A model generated the notes under the pieces. It did no database searches. It worked only from the letters and a program-made list of their open reading frames with translations, and was not told where the DNA came from. DNA of 64,000 nt from Phototrophicaceae bacterium (lineage in GTDB: Bacteria > Chloroflexota > Anaerolineae > Aggregatilineales > Phototrophicaceae): the NCBI GenBank assembly GCA_965249085.1, contig OZ252218.1:501859-565858 (forward strand). Direction: 5' to 3'. The translations under genes and the position numbers were made by a program. Positions 28,662 to 36,634 of the stretch are shown piece by piece. Every line of letters starts with the position of its first letter. Position 1 is the stretch's first letter.

Positions 28662-29786
28662 TTACGTGCCTGATTTCACAATTACTTCGAGATCGGGCAG
28701 AAGACGGAAGCTGTCCACGACAGCAATGAGAGGCTGTTCAGCCGGACTAACCTCGAGCAGGTCCGCATTGAGGTCCTGAATGCGTAGGTTGGCGATGTGC
28801 AGACGATTATCGGTTCCAGCCAACATGACCGCCACGCCGCTCTCGGCAGCGCCGTCCAGCGTGGTCAGCACATAGGACGCCTTGTATCCGGTCGCGCCGG
28901 CAACGTCTACCGCTTCTACTGTCTGTGTTTCCACACCGCTACGCCAATTTTCGAGCCAGGCGGCAGCTTCGTCCTCGCTCGCTAACGCCACATCATAGGT
29001 TGCCACGCCGAGAATCGCGCCGTCGCCGGCGATTGTCGCGGGCAGCCCCTCAGCCGCGTCGGAAACCTCCCAGCCCTTGGGAAAACGCACCATATGCTTG
29101 TCAAGATTGTCAAAGTAGGCATCCCAGTCGAAAGGCGCATCGGCATAAATCGGCAGCGGTTCCACAGAATCGGACACGCCCCGCAGCAGGTACTTGAGCT
29201 GCTGTGGCGCATTCTCCGCGGTGACGACGCGCACGCTGTAAATGTCTCCATTTGCCAGCCGGGATTCTTGCCGGGCGATGAGATAGGACCGTCCGCGCCG
29301 CAGGTTGAAATCAATGCGAACGACGCCGCTGTCAGTCACTGAACGACCGGTTTCTTCCCAACTCGTGTAACCGCTCCAGGTGTGACCCAGCCAAGCTTTG
29401 TCGAGAAAGCCGCTCAAGGCGTCCGCGTCGCTGATGTCAGTGTAGTTCTTGTTGATCCGCACTTCCACCACGCTCAGCGCATCACTGTTGCTCAAGCCGG
29501 CGCGCAATTCATCCGCCGTATTGCTATCCGAAGCTGGCTCCCAACCGGTGGGCGCGCCGATGGTAAACAAGCCGGAACGATGCAAGTAGCGGCTGTCGAA
29601 ATCGATCGTTTCAATGTCAGGCGGCGCTGGCAGAGTCGGCTCCGGAAATGGAGTCGGCTGTGGCGAATCCTGCATGCTGCCTTGGCTCACCTGCCCGGAA
29701 AGCATCGGCAGGATCAAGCTGCCCACCATCGCGACTGTCATTACAATCCCGATGATGTAGGTTAAGGTCTTGGTTGTTTTATTCAT
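28662..29786 (-). CDS. Membrane-anchored hypothetical protein
   Basis: N-terminal TM LTYIIGIVMTVAMVGSLILPML followed by a Pro-rich spacer and an extracytoplasmic domain of about 300 aa. No domain recognised. Confidence 0.5.
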   Translation of the reverse strand: MNKTTKTLTYIIGIVMTVAMVGSLILPMLSGQVSQGSMQDSPQPTPFPEPTLPAPPDIETIDFDSRYLHRSGLFTIGAPTGWEPASDSNTADELRAGLSNSDALSVVEVRINKNYTDISDADALSGFLDKAWLGHTWSGYTSWEETGRSVTDSGVVRIDFNLRRGRSYLIARQESRLANGDIYSVRVVTAENAPQQLKYLLRGVSDSVEPLPIYADAPFDWDAYFDNLDKHMVRFPKGWEVSDAAEGLPATIAGDGAILGVATYDVALASEDEAAAWLENWRSGVETQTVEAVDVAGATGYKASYVLTTLDGAAESGVAVMLAGTDNRLHIANLRIQDLNADLLEVSPAEQPLIAVVDSFRLLPDLEVIVKSGT

Positions 29787-29919
29787 TCAGGAGCGGCTCC
29801 AGAAGCGCTGTCAAAACGCGGCCATCATACCGCAAAAGGCACACACTGTTAAGCAAGACTTTTTATCCCTATAATCCGTCGTTGGCAGAATCCCACAGGT
29901 TGGCGCCGGCAGCCCCCAC

Positions 29920-30993
29920 ATGAATCGCTCGCGGTCGCCGCGCGCCGCCATTATCATTGGACGGATGCAGGAGGATATCGAATTCATGCTGCCATCAAGC
30001 TTTGTGAGTCGTCCGCTTTCGCTGGATGATGCGGACCACTATACCAGCACCGTCAACGCGATAAGCGCCCAGATCGGCGTGGACGAACAGCTTCAGCCAG
30101 AAAGCGCGCTTCTCGAATGGCAGGAGCCGGCCTTTGATCTCGCCAGCTCGTCGTTGGGGTTTTTCGATGAAAAGGGACTGCTGGCCGCTTTTGCCACCTT
30201 CTGGGCGACGAACGAAATACCGGTGCGACCACACATCGAATGGGGCGTGCATCCAGACTATCTTGAAGCGGGGCTCGCGGAGCGCCTGCTGTGCTGGGCG
30301 GAAGACAAGTGCGGCGAAGTCCAGGAGCGCTGCCCGCCGGAAGCGCGCTTCACTTTGGGCTGTGGCGTTCGTACAGGACACGCCTTTGCCGAAAACGCGC
30401 TGGAGCAGGCCGGCTTCGTCGTTAGCCGCTTCTTCTACGATATGGAAATCCAGATGACGGCGCGACCGGAGCCGTCTCCTTTACCGGCGGGTTTCCGCAT
30501 GCGCCCGTATGACAGGGAACGCGATCTGCCCGTATTGGTCGATGTCTTGCGCGACTCGTTTTCGGATCACTTTGGCTATATGGAAGAACCCTTCGAGAAA
30601 GAGCTGGAGTTATTCCGTCACTGGATTAATGACAACCCGCACTTCGACCCCGATCTCTTGATTCTGCCGGCGGACGAATCAACCGGCGAGGTAGCCGGCT
30701 GTTTGATCGGGCTGACGCAGGATCGTGTAAAGGCGGAGGCCGGTTATATTGATGGGGTCGGCGTGCGCCGGGCATATCGGCGACGCGGCCTGGCTACGGC
30801 GATGCTCAAACGCAGCTTCGCTCAATTCTGGGATCGCGGGATGAAAACGGTGCGTTTGGATGTGGACGGCGAGAGCCTGACAAATGCGGTGGCGCTCTAT
30901 GAGCGGGTTGGGATGCAGGTGATTCAGCGCCACAGCGTCTACGAAAAGGTATTGCGCGATGGCGTCGAATTGGCGAAGGTGGCGCTGGAGTAA
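29920..30993 (+). CDS. Tandem-GNAT N-acetyltransferase (mycothiol-synthase-like architecture)
   Basis: The C-terminal lobe carries VGVRRAYRRRGLATAML. The start is ambiguous: ATG 29920, or ATG 29986 behind GGAGG. Confidence 0.7.
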   Translation: MNRSRSPRAAIIIGRMQEDIEFMLPSSFVSRPLSLDDADHYTSTVNAISAQIGVDEQLQPESALLEWQEPAFDLASSSLGFFDEKGLLAAFATFWATNEIPVRPHIEWGVHPDYLEAGLAERLLCWAEDKCGEVQERCPPEARFTLGCGVRTGHAFAENALEQAGFVVSRFFYDMEIQMTARPEPSPLPAGFRMRPYDRERDLPVLVDVLRDSFSDHFGYMEEPFEKELELFRHWINDNPHFDPDLLILPADESTGEVAGCLIGLTQDRVKAEAGYIDGVGVRRAYRRRGLATAMLKRSFAQFWDRGMKTVRLDVDGESLTNAVALYERVGMQVIQRHSVYEKVLRDGVELAKVALE

Positions 30994-31066
30994 CCATGAG
31001 CTGCGATGTTTCGCGCGTTTGGCTGGAATCGCCAGCACGCTACGACAACCGGTATAAAGTATCCAC

Positions 31067-31897
31067 ATGAGAACGCCCGCCGGCAAGTCAGACTACGCCG
31101 AAGTAAATGGCGCCCGGCTCTATTACGAAATTGCCGGCAGCGATACACCCCTGGTCATGATCCATGCCGGAATCGCTGATTCGCGCATGTGGGATCAAGA
31201 GTTTGAGCATTTCGCCAGCAGCCATCGAGTCTTGCGATTTGATATGCGCGGCTATGGCAAGAGCCTTCCGGTTCCTGGCGATTTCAATATTCTGGATGAC
31301 ATGACCGCGCTTCTTGCCGAGCTCAACATGATCGAACCGATCATACTCATGGGCTGCTCGATTGGCGCCGGGCTTGCGATAGAATTCGCACTGGCACAGC
31401 CGCAGCGCGTGCGCGCGCTTATACTGCTCGGCGGCTGCCCGGACGGCTTCGAGGCGGACGCGGGAAGCCCGGACGAACTGTTCGCCGAATCAGAACGAGC
31501 ATTTAACAATGGTGAACTGGATCGCGTCGCTGAACTCGATATCCAAATCTGGTTTGACGGTTACGGACGTACCAAGAACGATGTGGATGCCGAGACTCGG
31601 GCAAAGGCCTGTGAGATGGCGCGACTCGTGGCAGAACACGAGTTCAAGCATATTGGCAGCCACGTACGCAAGGCCATTGAGAGACCGGCTGCCGATCGGC
31701 TCAATGAGTTGTCAATGCCAAGCCTGATCGTCATTGGAGCCAATGATCTGCCCCTTCTTCTCCTTGCCGCGGACTACATGGTCGAATCTATGCCCAATGC
31801 GACAAGAGCGCTCATTGCCGATGCGGCGCACTTGCCCAACATGGAGCATCCGGCGCGTTTCCGGGCGGCGGTCGAGGCGTTTCTCGGCAGCGACTGA
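31067..31897 (+). CDS. Alpha/beta-fold hydrolase
   Basis: LVMIHAG, the nucleophile elbow GCSIGAG and a C-terminal AAHLPNMEHP. Confidence 0.8.
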   Translation: MRTPAGKSDYAEVNGARLYYEIAGSDTPLVMIHAGIADSRMWDQEFEHFASSHRVLRFDMRGYGKSLPVPGDFNILDDMTALLAELNMIEPIILMGCSIGAGLAIEFALAQPQRVRALILLGGCPDGFEADAGSPDELFAESERAFNNGELDRVAELDIQIWFDGYGRTKNDVDAETRAKACEMARLVAEHEFKHIGSHVRKAIERPAADRLNELSMPSLIVIGANDLPLLLLAADYMVESMPNATRALIADAAHLPNMEHPARFRAAVEAFLGSD

Positions 31898-31930
31898 GCG
31901 TCACAATTGCGCGACCGAGACTGATTGCTT

Positions 31931-32482
31931 ATGTCAGGCCAAGACAACGAAGACCGCTACGAAGATATCCTCAATAGAATCGCCCAACGTAATCCCTTTG
32001 GCAAAGCGCGCCCTGAGGCTAAACCGCAAACGCCGCAGGACCGCGCGCTCAATCTCGTCAACGCTTTTGACGCTCTCGCCCGGCTGTCGCGGGATGAATA
32101 CGAGCGCTACCTCTGTTACGGACCCAAATCATGCCGCGGATCGGCTTGGTCGGGGGCCGCAATCTGGTACCACCGCAAGGGATATCACGGCTATCAGACG
32201 CTCTATCTTCTCGGTGTCTGGGCGCATTACAGCGAAAGCGACATCGTGTTGACCGTCGGCATACGCCAACGGCCCTATCGCGCGCCGGTCTATGACGCCG
32301 GCGTTTATCGCGTCGCCATCAGGAATAATTTCCGCATCTATTACGATGATGCCGGCGGACCGCCGGGCGAATCTGATCGCCTGCTCTACCAATCGCGCTT
32401 CAAAGAAAAAGAGCGACTGTCACAGCGACAATCGCTGCGCGATATTCTGGGAGCCTGGCGTCGGGAGATTGAATCCGGCTAG
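31931..32482 (+). CDS. Hypothetical protein ending in ...EIESG, convergent with the E1 gene and overlapping it by 4 nt
   Basis: ORF with ATG at 31931 (the track start 31925 is a TTG). No domain recognised and the RBS is weak. Confidence 0.4.
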   Translation: MSGQDNEDRYEDILNRIAQRNPFGKARPEAKPQTPQDRALNLVNAFDALARLSRDEYERYLCYGPKSCRGSAWSGAAIWYHRKGYHGYQTLYLLGVWAHYSESDIVLTVGIRQRPYRAPVYDAGVYRVAIRNNFRIYYDDAGGPPGESDRLLYQSRFKEKERLSQRQSLRDILGAWRREIESG

Positions 32483-33402
32483 TCGTCTTCTTCGATGACG
32501 ATGTCCGTGGTCAATCCGGACGCCGCCAGATCGTCGAGCGAAATGCTGCCCGTGTCTTCCTGGGCAAGAATACTGACACTCTGCTTAAGTCGTTCGCCAC
32601 AGACCAAACAGTCGGGATCACGCGCGATCTCGATCCAGATGCCGGTATGCGGATCGCTTTCTTGCCCCTCGATAATGTCCATATATGTATTAGCAACAAT
32701 GAGGGTATTGGCCGGCATCTCCTCATGCGCGTTCGTGCCGCGCAAAAGCTCATTGATGATCAGATCCGTTTGAATGCCGGCCACCTTGGTCACGTTAACC
32801 CAAAGACCTGGCTCAGCCGCCAATGTACCTTCCTCCCGGATCATGCCGTAGTCCAGATCGCCGACCGGGTTCATCGAAACCTTGGCGCCCTCGCGCGTTG
32901 CTTCCGACCAGCAGGCGTAACAGGGACCAATAAGTGGTCTGATGATGACGTGATCGCCGCCTTCGCCCCGTTCATAGACGCCGGCGTAGGATGCGCTCAC
33001 GCGTTTTTCCAGGCATTTCTCGTTGATGGCGTATTTCACCTGTTCATGGTCCACCGCCACGACAAGAATATCCACCTCTTCCAGGCAATCCCAGTGATCC
33101 TCGATCAGTCCTTCGCGCACCTCTATTTGCGTATCCTCGTTGCGGTGGCGGATCAAATCGGCGACTGCCGTCGCCTTGTTCGTTCCGACATATCGGGAGT
33201 CAGCCACGTGCCGCGTCACGTTGCCGCGTTCCAGCAGATCCCCATCGACCAGGACAAACTTCCCGACGCCGCTCATCGCCAGGCTCAAGGCCACGAATCC
33301 GCCGCCTGAACCCAAGCCGATCACGCCCACCTTTTTCCGGGCGAGCCGTTCCAGATTATCCGAGCCAATCAGCCTTTCGACACGTTCCCAAATGCTAGTC
33401 AT
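32479..33402 (-). CDS. E1-like ThiF/MoeB-family adenylyltransferase
   Basis: KKVGVIGLGSGGGFVALSLAMSGVGKFVLVDGDLLERGNVTRH, AVDHE, and two CxxC pairs (GPCYACW, DCLVCG). ATG 33402 lies 1 nt after the JAB stop at 33404-33406. Confidence 0.85.
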   Translation of the reverse strand: MTSIWERVERLIGSDNLERLARKKVGVIGLGSGGGFVALSLAMSGVGKFVLVDGDLLERGNVTRHVADSRYVGTNKATAVADLIRHRNEDTQIEVREGLIEDHWDCLEEVDILVVAVDHEQVKYAINEKCLEKRVSASYAGVYERGEGGDHVIIRPLIGPCYACWSEATREGAKVSMNPVGDLDYGMIREEGTLAAEPGLWVNVTKVAGIQTDLIINELLRGTNAHEEMPANTLIVANTYMDIIEGQESDPHTGIWIEIARDPDCLVCGERLKQSVSILAQEDTGSISLDDLAASGLTTDIVIEEDD

Positions 33403-33403
33403 T

Positions 33404-34675
33404 TCACCGTGCCTCTTCTTCTGTCGGCTCATCATCAATGATAGGATTGCTATCGTTCAGACAGTCATCTGCCGAGCGCTCGGAATCTGCTTCCATTTGG
33501 TTGGCGGAGTCAGGTTCGTCTCCACCTTCGTCCATCAATTCGTCGTCCAGGAAAACCGGGATTGCCACCGTGGTCGGCTGGCGCAAACCCCGCGCGACTT
33601 CAATTGCGATGACGTAATCAATGAGGTATTTGTCGTTTGACCACTGCCATTCCGGCGGGTCGGGAATTGGCGTTGCAATTTCCCACAAAGATTGAAAGGT
33701 CGCGACCGGATCCATCAGGTCCAAACCATCCAAAAACGGCGCTTCGAATGCCTGCGGCGCGCGTTCAGGATAGTCGTGCTGCGTGACAAACAAGAGGAAG
33801 TTCGACGCGCCTTGCCGGATTGTAAAAAAACAAAATTCCAAGGGCACTTCGCCATCGCATTCATAGAACAAGGTGCGAACCAGCAAGCCATCATCGGCCA
33901 TCGCCAATGTTTCGCTGGTGAGCCGGTCCGGCAGCACAACGTGCCAGCCGTATTTCATCATCTGGGGCAGCTGCTCGGCCGACACCACTTGCGGATGCAC
34001 TGGCTGGAAAACGCGGACATCGCGATGGATATACCACCAGTCGACCCGCATATCTGTGCCGTTGTCCATCGGTACGGTGATGTAATTCACTGACAATTCC
34101 GATTCGCCGATGATCGACGCATGCCCGACTGTCACGATCGGCACCAGCAGGAATTCCATTGCCAATTCTTCATCATCGAGCCAGCCGAGCGCTGTCATAA
34201 GATCGCCGTGGCTGGGCTGGATCATTGAGCCGGGCTGCTTGTGCCAATCGCCAAGATAACGCAGCGGCACATCAAAGCGGTCGGGCAAGGCAGCAGAACC
34301 GCGGTGCCTCTCCCGATGAAAATGCCAATTCTCCTGCAGCCACCAGATGGTCTCATCCTGCGAGGCATCGCCCTGCTGAAACGTATGGGAGCGCCTCACG
34401 GCCGTCTCATCGGGCGAAATCGTATCGAGCACATAGATGGTGGGCAAACCCTCCGGTGTATCGTCTTCAACGATAAAGCCCACCATGGCTTCACCTGTCT
34501 CATCGGCCATGAATTGGCTCGCGGCCGAGAGCATCCTGGCTACCGCCCGCCGCGACAAAACCAGGTTGGGCACGATACCGCGTGAAATCATTGCCATCCC
34601 CCGCAAGCGCTTCCTGATGTGTTCGATTTCCAACTGCATGAGCTTGAGAAACTCGCGCTCATCCATGGTCCGCAT
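33404..34675 (-). CDS. JAB/MPN-domain protein with a variant JAMM motif and an unassigned C-terminal region of about 200 aa
   Basis: GEAMVGFIV (Glu region), then WHKQPGSMIQPSHGDL with exact H-x-H-x7-S-x2-D spacing but Gln at the second His (CAG at 34237..34235). ATG 34675 lies 2 nt after the E2 stop. Confidence 0.75.
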   Translation of the reverse strand: MRTMDEREFLKLMQLEIEHIRKRLRGMAMISRGIVPNLVLSRRAVARMLSAASQFMADETGEAMVGFIVEDDTPEGLPTIYVLDTISPDETAVRRSHTFQQGDASQDETIWWLQENWHFHRERHRGSAALPDRFDVPLRYLGDWHKQPGSMIQPSHGDLMTALGWLDDEELAMEFLLVPIVTVGHASIIGESELSVNYITVPMDNGTDMRVDWWYIHRDVRVFQPVHPQVVSAEQLPQMMKYGWHVVLPDRLTSETLAMADDGLLVRTLFYECDGEVPLEFCFFTIRQGASNFLLFVTQHDYPERAPQAFEAPFLDGLDLMDPVATFQSLWEIATPIPDPPEWQWSNDKYLIDYVIAIEVARGLRQPTTVAIPVFLDDELMDEGGDEPDSANQMEADSERSADDCLNDSNPIIDDEPTEEEAR

Positions 34676-34677
34676 GA

Positions 34678-35151
34678 TCAACGTCTCCGGCGGCGTGGCA
34701 AGGGTGAACTGGCTTTGATGCGCTCCTCGATGCCGGGCCAATTCCCGGTTGAGCGCCAGGTGTAATAGGCGTAGAGCCATTGAATCGCCCAGCCGCCTAC
34801 GGTCACCGCCGTCGATTTCGAGGGGTTCCAGCCGTATTGTTCGCCATCTTTCGGGTTAAAGAGGCAGAGCTGCCCATCCTCGTATTGATGTTTTTCGCTG
34901 TAGATTCGCGGTTTGATGCAATAGGCTTCGGCCGGGCGGTTGGGATATTCTTTCGGATAGACGATCTTCAAGCTGTGATATGGTGACTCGAGAATGCTCA
35001 TGCTGATCTCGACAATGCCTTGCCAATAGAGCAAGCCACCGAATGGGGGAACCACCAACGCGAAAGTGTTGCCAAAGGTGGCTTTCATCGCCTCCACTTC
35101 CCAGATGAGACGGGACGAGACATGTCTGCGCGACCCCCACCAATTGGACAT
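34678..35151 (-). CDS. Prokaryotic E2 / UBC-fold ubiquitin-conjugating-like protein
   Basis: LYWQGIVEI...HSLKIVYPKEYPNRPAEAY...KHQYEDGQLCLFNP mirrors the eukaryotic UBC core: a YPxxPP flap, then an H-x4-G-x-L-C-L active-site loop. The Cys codon is at 34866..34864. ATG 35151 lies 9 nt after GGAG; the track start 35160 is a GTG. Confidence 0.8.
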   Translation of the reverse strand: MSNWWGSRRHVSSRLIWEVEAMKATFGNTFALVVPPFGGLLYWQGIVEISMSILESPYHSLKIVYPKEYPNRPAEAYCIKPRIYSEKHQYEDGQLCLFNPKDGEQYGWNPSKSTAVTVGGWAIQWLYAYYTWRSTGNWPGIEERIKASSPLPRRRRR

Positions 35152-35194
35152 AAGCTGCACTCCGCACCACGGTTATCCCAATCTTAACAGCTTA

Positions 35195-35223
35195 ACTCTA
35201 TTGCCCATCGCGCTTATTGTCCA
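35195..35223 (-). promoter_or_regulatory. Candidate sigma70-type promoter for the E2-JAB-E1 operon
   Basis: The minus strand reads TGGACA-N17-TAGAGT, about 45 nt upstream of the E2 ATG. This is motif resemblance only. Confidence 0.25.
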
Positions 35224-35507
35224 GTATCAGCACACCCTTTAAGGCGCACTAATCAAGGTCTAATGCGGGCCGGACAATCTCGTCGCCGCAGGGCATCGCG
35301 GCTGGTTTAACCGCCTGCAATGACCGCGCACGCGCTGATTAAATGCAAGATGTACGGGATGTCAACTCTCACACGTCTCTAACGCAAAAGTGAAATTTAC
35401 CACAAGCGTGGACAGACGCTTCAACTCTCTGCTAAAACAAAAAGGTCAAGCGGGATGGCACGGCTTCAGCACCTGTTCACATACCCGATTGACCTTCGTC
35501 TATCATT

Positions 35508-35543
35508 GCCAATCCTAACCGGGATTGGCGGCCAATTCAAGGA
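35508..35543. promoter_or_regulatory. Nested palindromes (GCCAATCC-N6-GGATTGGC, then ATTGGC-G-GCCAAT) just upstream of the Fe-ABC SBP gene
   Basis: Perfect 8-bp inverted repeat at 35508-35515 / 35522-35529. An overlapping 13-nt palindrome ATTGGCGGCCAAT lies at 35524-35536. Both are 17-45 nt before ATG 35553. Confidence 0.4.
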
Positions 35544-35552
35544 GTTCACTGT

Positions 35553-36572
35553 ATGTCCCAGCACCGTTTTGTACTGGCAAGCCTTGTTGCAGCGCTAATT
35601 GTGCTGCTCGCCGCCCAAATTCTGACGAGAGCGCAAGATACGCTTACCATCTATTCAGGCAGAAACGAAAGCCTGGTCGGACCCATTCTGGCCCAATTCA
35701 CCGAAGACACGGGCATCGAAATCGAAGTCCTCTATGGCGGAACCAGCGCCGTCGCCAATCAGATCCTCACAGAAGGCGAAAACAGCCCTGCCGATGTCTT
35801 CATAGCCCAGGATGGCGGCGCGCTTGGCGCCTTAGCCGCCGCCGAAATGCTGGCGACCTTGCCCGACGAAACTCTGGAACGCGCGGTCGATTCTGCCTTC
35901 GTCTCGCCGGACGGCGTATGGATCGGCTTGAGCGGACGCGCGCGAGTGCTGGTCTACAATCCGGAGCTGCTAGAGGAAATGGGACTGCAATTGCCAGATT
36001 CTATTCTGGACCTGACTGACGAGACCTGGCGTGGACTGGTAGGCTGGGCGCCGACCAATGCGTCATTCGTCGCCAACATCACGGCGATGCGTGTGCTGCT
36101 CGGCGACTGCGATGCCGAAGATTGGCTAGTTGGCATGATCGCCAACGATGTGCACGCTTATCCGAAGAATACGCCGATCGTCCAAGCCGTCATCAATGGC
36201 GAGGTGGTCGTTGGATTGGTTAATCACTACTACCTTTTCCGTTTTCTGGCGGAAGATCCGGAAATCTCCGCGACACTGCATTTCTTCCCCGGTGGCGATG
36301 TTGGCTCGCTAGTTAACGTGGCTGGCGCAGCGATCCTGGAGAGTAGCGATCAGCCCGATGCAGCGCTGGAACTGGTCAACTATCTGCTCAGCGATACGGC
36401 CCAGGCATACTTCGCAGAAACCACCTACGAGTACCCGCTGGTAGACGGCATCGAACCGTCGGTTGAAATACCTGCGTTGGCGGACATCGAAGCGCCGGAA
36501 ATCGACCTATCCGAACTCGACGATCTACAAGCAACGCTGGAAATGATTGAAGAAAGCGGTGCGCTGAATTAG
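35553..36572 (+). CDS. Fe(III)-type ABC transporter substrate-binding protein (FbpA/AfuA-like)
   Basis: A signal/TM segment, then TIYSGRNESLVGPILAQFTEDTGIEIEVLYGGTSAVANQILTEGENSPADVFIAQD, typical of iron(III) SBPs. Confidence 0.8.
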   Translation: MSQHRFVLASLVAALIVLLAAQILTRAQDTLTIYSGRNESLVGPILAQFTEDTGIEIEVLYGGTSAVANQILTEGENSPADVFIAQDGGALGALAAAEMLATLPDETLERAVDSAFVSPDGVWIGLSGRARVLVYNPELLEEMGLQLPDSILDLTDETWRGLVGWAPTNASFVANITAMRVLLGDCDAEDWLVGMIANDVHAYPKNTPIVQAVINGEVVVGLVNHYYLFRFLAEDPEISATLHFFPGGDVGSLVNVAGAAILESSDQPDAALELVNYLLSDTAQAYFAETTYEYPLVDGIEPSVEIPALADIEAPEIDLSELDDLQATLEMIEESGALN

Positions 36573-36634
36573 CGCAGACAGCACATCAGCAGCGAGGACG
36601 ACAGCACACTTCGCCCTCGCCAGCGTGGAGAATA

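Noticed and set aside
32479-35151. Classifying the E2/JAB/E1 operon as type II CBASS (Cap2/Cap3) or as a complete Bil system.
   Set aside because: There is no CD-NTase or effector gene within several kb, and E1 and E2 are separate proteins rather than a Cap2-type fusion. No separate ubiquitin-like gene is adjacent, as a Bil system would require. I therefore left it as an unclassified conjugation operon.
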